Source of the DNA: Escherichia phage REP4 | Reading direction: 5' to 3' (one strand) | Sequence record: OQ174503.1 | Length of the DNA: 64,000 nucleotides | In this document: in pieces, positions 10,701-19,841 of the stretch | How the letters are laid out: every line of letters begins with the position of its first letter | Numbering within the stretch: position 1 is the first letter of the stretch | Translations under genes and position numbers: made by a program | The notes under the pieces: generated by a model | What the model saw: only the letters and a program-made list of their open reading frames with translations | What the model was told of the DNA's origin: nothing | The model's database searches: none

Positions 10701-11667
10701 CCGTGTATGGGGTAACCAGTATGGTGGCGGTTCAGATACAACACGTTCTACTGTATTTGAAGTTGGCGATGAAACATCTCATCACTTTTATTCTCAGCGT
10801 AATAAAAACGGTACTATAGCGTTTATCATTAATGGTACTGTAATGCCAATAAACATTAATGCTTCCGGTTTGATGAATGTGAATGGCACTGCAACATTTG
10901 GTAGTTCAGTTACAGCCAATGGTGAATTCATCAGCAAGTCTGCAAATGCTTTTAGAGCAATAAGTGGTAATTATGGATTCTTTATTCGCAATGATGCTAC
11001 TAACACCTATTTTATGCTTACTGCATCGGGTGATCAGACTGGCGGATTTAATGGATTACGTCCTTTAGCTATTAACAATGCATCTGGTCAAGTAACGATT
11101 GGTGAAAGCTTAATCATTGCCAAAGGTGCTACTATAAATTCAGGTGGTTTAACTGTTAACTCGAGAATTCGTTCTCAGGGCACTAAAACATCTGACTTAT
11201 ATACCCGTGCACCGACATCTGATACTGTAGGATTCTGGTCAATCGATATTAACGATTCAGCCACTTATAACCAGTTCCCAGGTTATTTTAAAATGGTTGA
11301 AAAAACTAATGAAGTGACTGGACTTCCATACTTAGAACGTGGTGAAGAAGTTAAATCTCCTGGTACATTGACTCAGTTTGGTAACACACTTGATTCACTT
11401 TACCAAGATTGGATTACTTATCCAACAACTCCAGAAGCACGTACAACCCGTTGGACACGTACATGGCAGAAAACTAAAAATTCTTGGTCGAGTTTTGTTC
11501 AGGTATTTGATGGTGGAAACCCTCCTCAACCGTCTGATATCGGTGCTTTACCATCTGATAATGCTACAATGGGGAATCTTACTATTCGTGATTTCTTACG
11601 AATTGGTAATGTTCGCATTATTCCTGACCCAGTGAATAAAACGGTTAAATTTGAATGGGTTGAATAA
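7798..11667 (+). CDS. 34: Long tail fibre proximal subunit gp34, 1289 aa
   Basis: ORF track; size identical to T4 gp34; N-terminus MAEIKRKFRAEDGLDAGGDKIINVALADRTVGTDGVNVDYL; late promoter upstream. Confidence 0.95.
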   Translation: MAEIKRKFRAEDGLDAGGDKIINVALADRTVGTDGVNVDYLIQENTVQQYDPTRGYLKDFVIIYDNRFWAAINDIPKPAGTFNSGRWRALRTDANWITVSSGSYQLKSGEAISVNTAAGNDITFTLPSTPIDGDTIVLQDIGGKPGVNQVLIVAPVQSIVNFRGEQVRSVLMTHPKSQLVLIFSNRLWQMYVADYSREAVVVTPANTYQAQSNDFIVRRFTSAAPINIKLPRFANHGDIINFVDLDKLNPLYHTIVTTYDETTSVQEDGTHSIEGRTSIDGFLMYDDNEKLWRLFDGDNKARLRIITTNSNIRPNEEVMVFGANNGITQTIELQLPTNISVGDTVKISMNYMRKGQTVKIKAAGEDKIASSVQLLQFPKRSEYPPEAEWVTVQELVFNGETNYVPVLQLAYIEDSDGKYWVVQQNVPTVERVDSLNDSTRARLGVIALATQAQANADLENSPQKELAITPETLANRTATETRRGIARIATTAQVNQNTTFSFADDIIITPKKLNERTATETRRGVAEIATQQETNAGTDDTTIITPKKLQARQGSESLSGIVTFVSTTGATPASSRELNGTNVYNKNTNNLVVSPKALDQYKATPTQQGAVILAVESEVIAGQSQEGWANAVVTPETLHKKTSTDARIGLIEIATQSEVNTGTDYTRAVTPKTLNDRIATESLSGIAEIATQVEFDAGVDDTRISTPLKIKTRFNSTDRTSVVALSGLVESGTLWDHYTLNILEANETQRGTLRVATQVEAAAGTLDNVLITPKKLLGTKSTEAQEGVIKVATQSETVAGTSANTAVSPKNLKWIVQSEPTWAATTAIRGFVKTSSGSITFVGNDTVGSTQSLELYEKNSYAVSPYELNRVLANYLPLKAKAADANLLDGLDSSQFIRRDIAQTVNGSLTLTQQTNLNAPLVSSSTATFGGSLAANSTFTIRNTGTPTRIVFEKGPASGANPVQSMSIRVWGNQYGGGSDTTRSTVFEVGDETSHHFYSQRNKNGTIAFIINGTVMPININASGLMNVNGTATFGSSVTANGEFISKSANAFRAISGNYGFFIRNDATNTYFMLTASGDQTGGFNGLRPLAINNASGQVTIGESLIIAKGATINSGGLTVNSRIRSQGTKTSDLYTRAPTSDTVGFWSIDINDSATYNQFPGYFKMVEKTNEVTGLPYLERGEEVKSPGTLTQFGNTLDSLYQDWITYPTTPEARTTRWTRTWQKTKNSWSSFVQVFDGGNPPQPSDIGALPSDNATMGNLTIRDFLRIGNVRIIPDPVNKTVKFEWVE
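9229..10230 (+). repeat. Internal tandem repeat units within gene 34
   Basis: Repeated peptide units (RTATETRRG..IATQ..N.GTDDT.ITPKKL) and exact DNA repeats, e.g. actgctacagaaactcgtagaggt at 9229 and 9349. Confidence 0.75.
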
Positions 11668-11675
11668 GAGGTATT

Positions 11676-12791
11676 ATGGAAAAATTTATGGCAGAGTTTG
11701 GACAAGGATATGTCCAAACGCCATTTTTATCGGAAAGTAATTCAGTAAGATATAAAATAAGCATAGCGGGTTCTTGCCCGCTTTCTACTGCAGGACCATA
11801 CGTTAAATTTCAGGATAATCCTGTTGGAAGTCAAACATTTAGCGCAGGACTTCATTTAAGAGTTTTTGACCCTTCTACAGGAGCATTAGTTGATAGTAAG
11901 TCATATGCTTTTTCTACTTCAAATGATACTACATCAGCGGCTTTTGTTAGTTTCATGAATTCTTTGACGAATAATAGACTTGTTGCTATATTAACTAGTG
12001 GAAAGGTTAATTTTCCTCCTGAAGTGGTGTCTTGGTTAAGAACCGCAGGAACGTCTGCTTTTCCATCTGATTCTATATTGTCAAGATTCGACGTATCATA
12101 TGCTGCTTTTTACACTTCTTCTAAAAGAGCTATTGCATTAGAGCATGTTAAACTAAGTAATAGAAAAAGCACAGATGATTATCAAACTATTTTAGATGTT
12201 GTATTTGACAGTTTAGAAGACGTTGGAGCTACCGGATTTCCAAGAAGAACGTATGAAAGCGTTGATCAATTTATGTCGGCAGTTGGCGGAACTAATAATG
12301 AAATTGCGCGATTGCCAACTTCAGCTGCCATAAGTAAATTATCTGACTATAATTTAATTCCTGGCGATGTTCTTTATCTTAAAGCTCAGTTATATGCTGA
12401 TGCCGATTTACTTGCGCTTGGAACTACAAATATATCTATCCGTTTTTATAATTCATCAAATGGATATATTTCTTCAACACAAGCTGAGTTCACCGGACAA
12501 GCTGGGTCTTGGGAATTAAAGGAAGATTATGTAGTTGTTCCAGAAAACGCTGTGGGATTTACGATATACGCGCAAAGAACTGCACAAGTCGGTCAAGGTG
12601 GCATGAGAAATTTAAGCTTTTCTGAAGTGTCAAGAAATGGAGGTATTTCGAAACCCACTGAATTTGGCGTCAATGGCATTCGTGTTAATTATATCTGTGA
12701 ATCTGCTTCACCTCCGGATATAATGGTACTTCCTACACAAGCATCGTCTAAAACTGGTAAAGTGTTTGGGCAAGAATTTAGAGAAGTATAA
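11676..12791 (+). CDS. 35: Long tail fibre hinge connector gp35, 371 aa
   Basis: ORF track; matches T4 gp35 N-terminus MEKFMAEFGQGYVQTPFLSESNSVRYKISIAGSCPLS. Confidence 0.93.
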   Translation: MEKFMAEFGQGYVQTPFLSESNSVRYKISIAGSCPLSTAGPYVKFQDNPVGSQTFSAGLHLRVFDPSTGALVDSKSYAFSTSNDTTSAAFVSFMNSLTNNRLVAILTSGKVNFPPEVVSWLRTAGTSAFPSDSILSRFDVSYAAFYTSSKRAIALEHVKLSNRKSTDDYQTILDVVFDSLEDVGATGFPRRTYESVDQFMSAVGGTNNEIARLPTSAAISKLSDYNLIPGDVLYLKAQLYADADLLALGTTNISIRFYNSSNGYISSTQAEFTGQAGSWELKEDYVVVPENAVGFTIYAQRTAQVGQGGMRNLSFSEVSRNGGISKPTEFGVNGIRVNYICESASPPDIMVLPTQASSKTGKVFGQEFREV

Positions 12792-12796
12792 ATTGA

Positions 12797-12822
12797 GGGA
12801 GCCTTCGGGTTCCCTTTTTCTT
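12797..12822 (+). terminator. Hairpin GGGAGCC-TTCG-GGTTCCC plus T-run after gene 35
   Basis: GC stem with UUCG tetraloop followed by TTTTTCTTT; immediately precedes the gene 36 late promoter. Confidence 0.7.
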
Positions 12823-12830
12823 TATAAATA
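12823..12830 (+). promoter_or_regulatory. Late promoter box TATAAATA for gene 36
   Basis: Exact TATAAATA 24 nt upstream of gene 36 ATG. Confidence 0.8.
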
Positions 12831-12853
12831 CTATTAAAATAAAGGGGCATACA

Positions 12854-13519
12854 ATGGCTGATTTAAAAGTAGGTTCAACAACTGGAGGCTCTGTCATTTG
12901 GCATCAAGGAAATTTTCCATTGAATCCAGCCGGTGACGATGTACTCTATAAATCATTTAAAATATATTCAGAATACAATAAACCACAAGCTGCTGATAAC
13001 GATTTCGTTTCTAAAGCTAATGGTGGTACTTATGCGTCAAAGGTAACATTTAACAGTGGCGTGCAAATACCATATGCTATAAACAATACAAACCAAAGCG
13101 GTATTTATCCTGGCAATGGTGATGCAGCTACTTTTGCTACAGCAAATATTGATATTGTTTCATGGTATGGTATTGGTTTTAAATCATCACAGGGTTCAGC
13201 AGCCAGAACTGTTGTAATTAATACGCGTAATGGTGATATTAGTACAAAAGGTGTCGTGTCGGCAACTGGTCAAGTAAGAAGTGATGCGACTGCTCCTATA
13301 GCAGCGAATGACCTTACTAGAAAAGACTATGTTGACGGAGCAATAAATACTGTTACGGCAAATGCAGATTCTAGAGTTTTCCGTAAAGGAGACACTATGA
13401 CTGGAAACTTAACCGCACCAAACTTTTTCTCGCAGAATCCTGCATCTCAACCTTCACATGTTCCACGATTTGACCAAATCGTAATTAAGGATTCTGTTCA
13501 AGATTTCGGCTATTATTAA
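12854..13519 (+). CDS. 36: Long tail fibre distal half, small proximal subunit gp36, 221 aa
   Basis: ORF track; size and position as T4 gp36. Confidence 0.92.
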   Translation: MADLKVGSTTGGSVIWHQGNFPLNPAGDDVLYKSFKIYSEYNKPQAADNDFVSKANGGTYASKVTFNSGVQIPYAINNTNQSGIYPGNGDAATFATANIDIVSWYGIGFKSSQGSAARTVVINTRNGDISTKGVVSATGQVRSDATAPIAANDLTRKDYVDGAINTVTANADSRVFRKGDTMTGNLTAPNFFSQNPASQPSHVPRFDQIVIKDSVQDFGYY

Positions 13520-13527
13520 GAGGACTT

Positions 13528-16500
13528 ATGGCTACTTTAAAACAAATACAATTTAAAAGAAGCAAAACCGCAGGTGCACGTCCTGCTGCTTCAGTATTAG
13601 CCGAAGGTGAATTGGCTATAAACTTAAAAGATAGAACAATTTTTACTAAAGACGATTCAGGAAATATCATTGACTTAAGCATTTCTGCTGGCGGTAGTAT
13701 CAGTGGAAATATCACTCAAACTGGCGATTATTTACAAAATGGAACATATAATCTTAATGGAAACCAGTTTGTTTATGCAGGAAAATATATTGAATTTTTA
13801 CCTAAAACTGCTGGTAATGGTGCTTGGGCAAATCAACATAAAAATAAAGCTCCTATCTTTACCGATTTGAGTTCAACGACTTCTACTTCAGAATACCATC
13901 CGCTAATTAAACAACGCTATAAAGATGGAACTTTTTCTGTTGGTACGTTAGTAAACGAAGGTAGTTTTAAAATTCAATATATCAATGAATCTGGTGATTC
14001 AAAATATTGGACTTTTAATCGTAACGGTAGTTTTATTGTAGATAATGGCAGTATTGAAGTCCGTGCAGGTAATATTTCTGCATCAGGCAATATTAACTCG
14101 GCAACTGGATTTGTTTCTGCACCGCGCGTCAATACAAAAAATATTAACCTGAGTTCTAAAACCTTTATACCGAATAATGACACGGGTTATGACATTGTTT
14201 CTTTACCTACTTGGATTTATAATCCACCAGCAGATGGTTCTGACCGTGATACAAACGGATTGAACTACATGCGTAAAATGCGGGCTTCAAATACTTCTAG
14301 CATTTTCCATGAAATAGTTGACTGTCGTTCAGGAAAGCCACAAGAAATTTCTTGGTGGACCGGCGTAGGACCTTCGTCTTTCCAGTGGGCATTTGATACC
14401 TCTGGACGTATTACCGCAGGTAAATCTATTTCAGTAGGTCTTCCTGATAGTGGTACAAATGGCCGTTATCCACTTGATTCTGCAATTTCTATTGGTATTG
14501 CGATTGGCGATAACGATACCGGTATTAAATGGGTCCGCGATGGCGTTTATGACCTGATGGCTAACGGTATTTCATCCGCTACCATTTTGAACAACGGTAT
14601 TAATAGTACTAAAAAATTGATGGTTGGTTATAGCCGTGATTCCGGCTCTACTTGGGATTTCCCAAATAACAACCAAGCAATGTTTACTGCGCGTACCGAT
14701 ATTGATGGTAATAATAACGGCGATGGTCAGACTCATATTGGTTATAGCAGCAATTCTAAAATGTATCACTATTTCCGTGGCACGGGTCGTATGGCTGTCG
14801 GAATGGCTGAAGGTTTAATTGTTGAGCCGGGTATTTTAGATATTAAAACTGGGTCCAATAGAGTTGCTATTAGAGCAGATGGTACATTTGACTCAACCCA
14901 ACGTATTTCAATGCGTACTGGATTATTTTTATCAGGTGATGATAATACCAATGCTTTGTCATTTAAAGCGCCTACAGGTGTTGACGGGACAAAAACCATT
15001 AACTGGGATGCAGGCACTCGTAATGGTCAGAATAAAAATACTGTAACCATTAAAGCGTGGGGTAACTCATTTAACTCAACTCCAGGTAATAGAGAAACTG
15101 TATTCGAAGTTTCAGATTCACAAGGTTATTATTTCTACGCTCAACGTACTAATCCTGCGTCAGGTCAAACAGTAGGTCCTATTAATTTTAAATTTAATGG
15201 TACTGTAGAAACTGGACATATTGTTGGGCTCGGAAATATAAGTGCCTCTGGTACAGGTTCTTTTGGTGGCAATGTTACCATGTCTAATGGTTTGTTTGTC
15301 CAAGGTGGTTCTTCTATTACTGGGCAAGTTAAAATCGGCGGAACATCAGATGCATTAAGAATTTGGAATGCTGAATATGGCGCAATTTTCCGTCGTTCTG
15401 AAGATAAGTTTTATATTATTCCAACTCCGCAGAATGCCGGTGAATCAGGTGGTATTTCTAATTTACGTCCGTTCTATATTACATTAAGTAATGGTAAAGT
15501 TTCCATGGATCATGATGTAGATATCGGCGGCGGTAGATTTAAAGTAGAAGTGGCTGGAACTACGGCTGGTCAACGTATTACAGTTAATGCAAGTAGCGAT
15601 GCTATTAGAATAAATGCTCCAACACAAGAGTCTTCTAACTTCATTCAAGGACGTAAGGCTGATGTGCCTAAATGGTATTTGGGTATTGGTGATGGCGGCA
15701 ATGTCGTTCGTATGCACAGCTACACACATTCACATGGTATTGCATTAAATTCTGATTCTGTCGATATTACTAAGCCTCTTAAAGTCGGCAATGCCCAACT
15801 AGGAACTGACGGTAATATTACCAATGGTTCAGGAAACTTTGCCAACTTAAATACCACGTTAAATCGTAAAGTTAATTCTGGATTTATTACTTATGGAGCA
15901 ACCTCTGGATGGTATAAGTTTGCAACTGTAACAATGCCACAATCCACTTCAACAGTCTTCTTTAAAATAGTTGGAGGTTCTGGATTTAATAGCGGATTAT
16001 TCACCCAATGTAATATTGCTGAAATTGTTTTACGTACTGGTAATGAAAGACCTTCTGACTTAAATGCTGTATTATACACAAGAACAACTGGAATGTATAG
16101 CGCAGCATTTAGAAATATTGCAGTTAACAATGTCTCTGGAAATACATATGACATTTATGTTTATGCTGGAACATATTGTAATCAACTAGTTTGTGAATGG
16201 TCATGTACCGAAAATGCTACTGTTAGCGTTATTGGTATTAACTCATCTACCCAATCACCTGTGGATGCTCTTCCAGATACAGCAGTTGATGGGCAAGTTG
16301 CTAATGTTCTTAATAACTTGGTTGATCGCGGTAAAGTTAAGCGTTATGAAGCCGATTCTGAAATAGCTATTAATAGCCCAACCGGTATTCGTATCAGAAG
16401 CAATGGCGATAAAACTGGTTCTGTTGCTACAATGCTACGAAATGATGGCGGCAGTTTTTATATTCTGTTTACAGATAAAAATGCCACCGATGGCGCAGCA

Positions 16501-17316
16501 ACTGTTAATGGTGATTGGAATAGTAAACGTCCTTTCGCAATTAACTTAACAACCGGCGAAGTGATGATGAATAATGGCATAGCTGTTCGCAGCGCTGCTT
16601 TATTCTATAATAGCATAAACGTCAAAGATAATGGTTCTATTAACTTTGATAAATCAGGTGCTAACCCGAGAAATATGAGAATATTTCATGCTGGCGATGC
16701 TTCTCGCGGTAACCGCATTGAAATTGCAGATGAAACTAACTATATTGCTTACTTTGAAAAGACTCCAGGTGGAGCTAACCGCTTTGTAGTAAATAATGCT
16801 ACTGTAGCTGGTGTTAACCAAATGAATTCATTTGGTATTAATATCAATAACGCACTTGGTGGAAATAGTATAGCATTTGGTGATAATGACACTGGAATTA
16901 AACAATCCGGTGACGGACTTCTTGATATTATTACTAACGCCGCACGCCGAATGAGATTCCAGACAGGTGACACCTATTCTGACATGAATATAAACGCTCC
17001 AAACGTTTATATTCGTTCTGATATTCGTTTGAAATCTAATTTCAGACCTATTGAAAATGCTCTTGAAAAGGTTGAACAGCTTGATGGTTTAATCTATGAT
17101 AAAGCTGACTATATAGGTGGTGAAATTGTTCAGACTGAAGCGGGTATTGTGGCTCAAACACTGCAAGATGTTTTACCAGAAGCAGTTCGTGAAGTTGAAG
17201 ATATTAAAGGTAATAAAATACTCACTGTTTCTTCTCAATCCCAGATTGCTCTTCTAGTTGAAGCTGTGAAAACACTTTCTGCTCGTGTAAAAGAACTTGA
17301 ATCTAAACTTATGTAA
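13528..17316 (+). CDS. 37: Long tail fibre distal subunit gp37 with C-terminal intramolecular chaperone domain, 1262 aa
   Basis: ORF track; N-terminus MATLKQIQFKRSKTAGARPAASVLAEGELAINLKDR typical of gp37; C-terminal SDIRLK...AQTLQDVLPEAV resembles S74-type autoproteolytic chaperone domains. Confidence 0.92.
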   Translation: MATLKQIQFKRSKTAGARPAASVLAEGELAINLKDRTIFTKDDSGNIIDLSISAGGSISGNITQTGDYLQNGTYNLNGNQFVYAGKYIEFLPKTAGNGAWANQHKNKAPIFTDLSSTTSTSEYHPLIKQRYKDGTFSVGTLVNEGSFKIQYINESGDSKYWTFNRNGSFIVDNGSIEVRAGNISASGNINSATGFVSAPRVNTKNINLSSKTFIPNNDTGYDIVSLPTWIYNPPADGSDRDTNGLNYMRKMRASNTSSIFHEIVDCRSGKPQEISWWTGVGPSSFQWAFDTSGRITAGKSISVGLPDSGTNGRYPLDSAISIGIAIGDNDTGIKWVRDGVYDLMANGISSATILNNGINSTKKLMVGYSRDSGSTWDFPNNNQAMFTARTDIDGNNNGDGQTHIGYSSNSKMYHYFRGTGRMAVGMAEGLIVEPGILDIKTGSNRVAIRADGTFDSTQRISMRTGLFLSGDDNTNALSFKAPTGVDGTKTINWDAGTRNGQNKNTVTIKAWGNSFNSTPGNRETVFEVSDSQGYYFYAQRTNPASGQTVGPINFKFNGTVETGHIVGLGNISASGTGSFGGNVTMSNGLFVQGGSSITGQVKIGGTSDALRIWNAEYGAIFRRSEDKFYIIPTPQNAGESGGISNLRPFYITLSNGKVSMDHDVDIGGGRFKVEVAGTTAGQRITVNASSDAIRINAPTQESSNFIQGRKADVPKWYLGIGDGGNVVRMHSYTHSHGIALNSDSVDITKPLKVGNAQLGTDGNITNGSGNFANLNTTLNRKVNSGFITYGATSGWYKFATVTMPQSTSTVFFKIVGGSGFNSGLFTQCNIAEIVLRTGNERPSDLNAVLYTRTTGMYSAAFRNIAVNNVSGNTYDIYVYAGTYCNQLVCEWSCTENATVSVIGINSSTQSPVDALPDTAVDGQVANVLNNLVDRGKVKRYEADSEIAINSPTGIRIRSNGDKTGSVATMLRNDGGSFYILFTDKNATDGAATVNGDWNSKRPFAINLTTGEVMMNNGIAVRSAALFYNSINVKDNGSINFDKSGANPRNMRIFHAGDASRGNRIEIADETNYIAYFEKTPGGANRFVVNNATVAGVNQMNSFGININNALGGNSIAFGDNDTGIKQSGDGLLDIITNAARRMRFQTGDTYSDMNINAPNVYIRSDIRLKSNFRPIENALEKVEQLDGLIYDKADYIGGEIVQTEAGIVAQTLQDVLPEAVREVEDIKGNKILTVSSQSQIALLVEAVKTLSARVKELESKLM
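17017..17313 (+). other. Putative intramolecular chaperone / autoproteolysis domain at gp37 C-terminus
   Basis: Motif S-D-I-R-L-K followed by about 95 helical residues, as in tail-fibre and endosialidase chaperone domains. Confidence 0.6.
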
Positions 17317-17317
17317 A

Positions 17318-17335
17318 AGAGGGCTTCGGCCCTCT
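17318..17335 (+). other. Intergenic RNA hairpin AGAGGGC-TTCG-GCCCTCT between 37 and 38
   Basis: Perfect 7-bp GC stem with UUCG loop directly upstream of the gene 38 SD (AAGGA); no clean U-run, so more likely an attenuator or stability element than a full terminator. Confidence 0.5.
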
Positions 17336-17346
17336 AAGGATTTTTA

Positions 17347-18138
17347 ATGGCAATTGTAGGTGTTCCTGGCTGGATTGGTGAATCTGCCGTGAATGAAACT
17401 GGACAACGTTGGATGGATGCTGCAATGAAAGCAGTTCGTGTTTCAGTTCCTGGTTGGATGAGCTCAATGGCTGGACAATCTAAAGAAGTATATTACAGCA
17501 TTGGTGCTAGCAATTCTTATAATAAAGATACGCTAATAAATTGGATAAAAGCCCAAGGAAGTACTCCTGTTGTTATTACTATTACAGGAAATATTGTTTC
17601 TCAATCTACTGGTGTTCCATGCTTAGATTTTCCTAGCTCATTAACTAATGCATATGTTACCTTAAATATTAATAGTGGGGTTCATGTATTAGGTCGGGGA
17701 GGAAATGGCGGAAGTAACTCTGCTGGTGGAGCAGGAGGAACTGCAATAAATAACGGAATTGGAACTCGTTTAAGAATAAACAATAATGGTATTATTGGTG
17801 GCGGCGGCGGTGGCGGCGCAGGTGCTAGATACAATCCTTTCCCTCAAATGGATATGAAATTTGGTGGCGGCGGAGGTCGTCCATTTGGCGCAGCTGGCGC
17901 AGCAGGAGGTGGCGCAGCTGCAGCATCTGCTGGTACAATTTCTGCTCCCGGTAAAGGCACTGTTTCTGGGGTTCACCATGGAGGAGATGGTGGAGATTTA
18001 GGAGCTGCTGGCAAATCTTCATATATTCAAGGTGGTACTGGAGGAACTATTCACTCGGGTGGCGCAGCAGGTAAAGCTGTTACTGGTAATGCTCCAACTT
18101 GGACTAAAGTTGGTACAATATATGGTGCAAGAGTATAA
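17347..18138 (+). CDS. 38: Tail-fibre adhesin gp38 (T2/T6 type) with glycine-rich motifs, 263 aa
   Basis: ORF track; conserved N-terminal gp37-binding region followed by poly-Gly islands (GGGGGGGAGA, GGGGGRPFGAAGAAGGGAAA, GGDGGDLGAAG, GGTGGTIHSGGAAG) separated by variable segments. Confidence 0.92.
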   Translation: MAIVGVPGWIGESAVNETGQRWMDAAMKAVRVSVPGWMSSMAGQSKEVYYSIGASNSYNKDTLINWIKAQGSTPVVITITGNIVSQSTGVPCLDFPSSLTNAYVTLNINSGVHVLGRGGNGGSNSAGGAGGTAINNGIGTRLRINNNGIIGGGGGGGAGARYNPFPQMDMKFGGGGGRPFGAAGAAGGGAAAASAGTISAPGKGTVSGVHHGGDGGDLGAAGKSSYIQGGTGGTIHSGGAAGKAVTGNAPTWTKVGTIYGARV

Positions 18139-18169
18139 TTTTGAATAAATATCCTTAAAAGGAGGGTCT

Positions 18170-18826
18170 ATGGCAGCACCTAGAATATCATTTTCGCCCT
18201 CTGATATTCTGTTGGGTGTTCTAGATCGCTTGTTCAAAGATAACGCTACCGGGAAGGTTCTTGCTTCCCGGGTAGCTGTCGTAATTCTTTTGTTTATAAT
18301 GGCGATTGTTTGGTATAGGGGAGATAGTTTCTTTGAGTACTATAAGCAATCAAAGTATGAAACATACAGTGAAATTATTGAAAAGGAAAGAAATGCACGC
18401 TTTGAATCTGTCGCCCTGGAACAACTCCAGATAGTTCATATATCATCTGAGGCAGACTTTAGTGCGGTGTATTCTTTCCGCCCTAAAAACTTAAACTATT
18501 TTGTTGATATTATAGCATATGAAGGAAGATTACCTTCAACAATAACCGAAAAATCACTTGGAGGATATCCTGTTGATAAAACTATGGATGAATATACAGT
18601 TCATTTAAATGGACGTCATTATTATTCCAACTCAAAATTTGCTTTTTTACCGACTAAAAAGCCTACTCCCGAAATAAATTACATGTACAGTTGTCCATAT
18701 TTTAATTTGGATAATATCTATGCTGGAACAATAACCATGTACTGGTATAGAAATGATCATATAAGTAATGACCGCCTTGAATCAATATGTTCTCAGGCGG
18801 CCAGAATATTAGGAAGGGCTAAATAA
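18170..18826 (+). CDS. t: Holin, 218 aa
   Basis: ORF track; near-identical to T4 holin T (MAAPRISFSPSDIL...VAVVILLFIMAIVWYRGDSFFEYYKQ). Confidence 0.96.
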   Translation: MAAPRISFSPSDILLGVLDRLFKDNATGKVLASRVAVVILLFIMAIVWYRGDSFFEYYKQSKYETYSEIIEKERNARFESVALEQLQIVHISSEADFSAVYSFRPKNLNYFVDIIAYEGRLPSTITEKSLGGYPVDKTMDEYTVHLNGRHYYSNSKFAFLPTKKPTPEINYMYSCPYFNLDNIYAGTITMYWYRNDHISNDRLESICSQAARILGRAK

Positions 18827-19099
18827 TTATTTGTTTGTATACATCTCTAGATATCGATATACACCCTCAAAACCCTCGTTGAATTCGTCGATGAGGGTTT
18901 TCTTATCTTCTTGGGTTAATTCAGAAACAATTTTACGGAATGAATTCTGATTCAACTTTCTACCTTCATGCGTTACTCCAATCTCATTCAGAAATGCAAT
19001 AAAATTAGCACGATTCTCAACAATATCTTCTCTGGAAAATTTAATCAAAATAGACGCAACAGTAATAATTTCACGAACTGTATCAATGTTTTTATTCAT
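18827..19099 (-). CDS. asiA: Anti-sigma70 factor AsiA, 90 aa
   Basis: ORF track; matches T4 AsiA (MNKNIDTVREIITVASILIKFSREDIVENRANFIAFLNEIGV); convergent with t, stop codons adjacent. Confidence 0.96.
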   Translation of the reverse strand: MNKNIDTVREIITVASILIKFSREDIVENRANFIAFLNEIGVTHEGRKLNQNSFRKIVSELTQEDKKTLIDEFNEGFEGVYRYLEMYTNK

Positions 19100-19111
19100 T
19101 AACTATACCAC

Positions 19112-19264
19112 TCAATTAGTTGACTTTATTATAATATCATCAGACGTTTGATTTGTAAACTGGTCTGTGTTATTTTCTTCAAAAATTTTTTCTACGAATT
19201 CCTTGAACGACTCACGTTCCTGAGCTACATTATGCTCGATTACCTTTTCAAGATTATGACTCAT
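19112..19264 (-). CDS. Hypothetical 50-aa acidic protein between arn and asiA (not in ORF track)
   Basis: Manual translation MSHNLEKVIEHNVAQERESFKEFVEKIFEENNTDQFTNQTSDDIIIKSTN; ATG overlaps arn stop (ATGA). Confidence 0.45.
   Translation of the reverse strand: MSHNLEKVIEHNVAQERESFKEFVEKIFEENNTDQFTNQTSDDIIIKSTN
19128..19160 (-). promoter_or_regulatory. Early promoter for asiA
   Basis: Minus-strand GTTTAC at 19155-19160 with TATTAT/TATAAT about 18-21 nt downstream; lies inside the 50-aa ORF. Confidence 0.5.
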
Positions 19265-19539
19265 TCGAAATAATCTTCAATTTCATAATCATGGACATAA
19301 ATCATTATAGTTTTTAATACATCATCAATATTTTTTCCTGGAGCTGGAATTACGTAAAAATATCCCGCCTTTGAGTTATCTTTATAAGTTCCAACCAAGA
19401 AATCATTATTCTCGAGATGCAGTTCTTCAACTAATTCATTGACAATTGAGTTGTATAAATTTGGTAGAAACTTATATAGCTTTTCTAAAATATCAATTTT
19501 GATTGTATATTGAACCACAGACTGAGAATCAATAATCAT
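19261..19539 (-). CDS. arn: Anti-restriction nuclease (McrBC inhibitor) Arn, 92 aa
   Basis: ORF track; size and position as T4 Arn; acidic protein. Confidence 0.75.
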   Translation of the reverse strand: MIIDSQSVVQYTIKIDILEKLYKFLPNLYNSIVNELVEELHLENNDFLVGTYKDNSKAGYFYVIPAPGKNIDDVLKTIMIYVHDYEIEDYFE

Positions 19540-19622
19540 AGACCTTCCCCTTATGTTTCTGTTTGCGATTAGATTCTTTAAACGCTTTCTTCTTATCTTT
19601 ATGAACAGAAGCTTTATTAAAA

Positions 19623-19841
19623 TTATGTTTTGCGACTAAATTGTTCATAGTGCTGAATTACCTCTCTTAAACATTTGCATGTGAATGAAAACTTTTTAGC
19701 TACACCACATTCAAATATATGTTCTCTTAAATCACGTGTGTCAGTATATCCCATCTCAACGATAAAATGCCGTATTAGATTTTTATCTTTATCATTGAGA
19801 GAATTAAAATAATCAGATTTTGAATTAATTTCCCTGGCCAA
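19623..19841 (-). CDS. Hypothetical 72-aa protein with C-x13-C-x-C (arn.x region); apparent TTG start
   Basis: ORF track; first codon TTG with AAGGTG RBS; no in-frame ATG near. Confidence 0.5.
   Translation of the reverse strand: MAREINSKSDYFNSLNDKDKNLIRHFIVEMGYTDTRDLREHIFECGVAKKFSFTCKCLREVIQHYEQFSRKT

Noticed and set aside
13974-16973. Several 60-90-aa antisense and alternative-frame ORFs within gene 37
   Set aside because: All are embedded in the long gp37 frame on the opposite strand, lack RBS, and have biased composition typical of antisense artefacts.
17770-18022. Two minus-strand ORFs (65 and 69 aa) overlapping the gene 38 glycine-rich region; looked like a GC-rich foreign island or repeat array
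   Set aside because: The GC-rich repeats are glycine codons of the gp38 adhesin; the antisense frames give Cys/Ala/Ser-rich low-complexity peptides.
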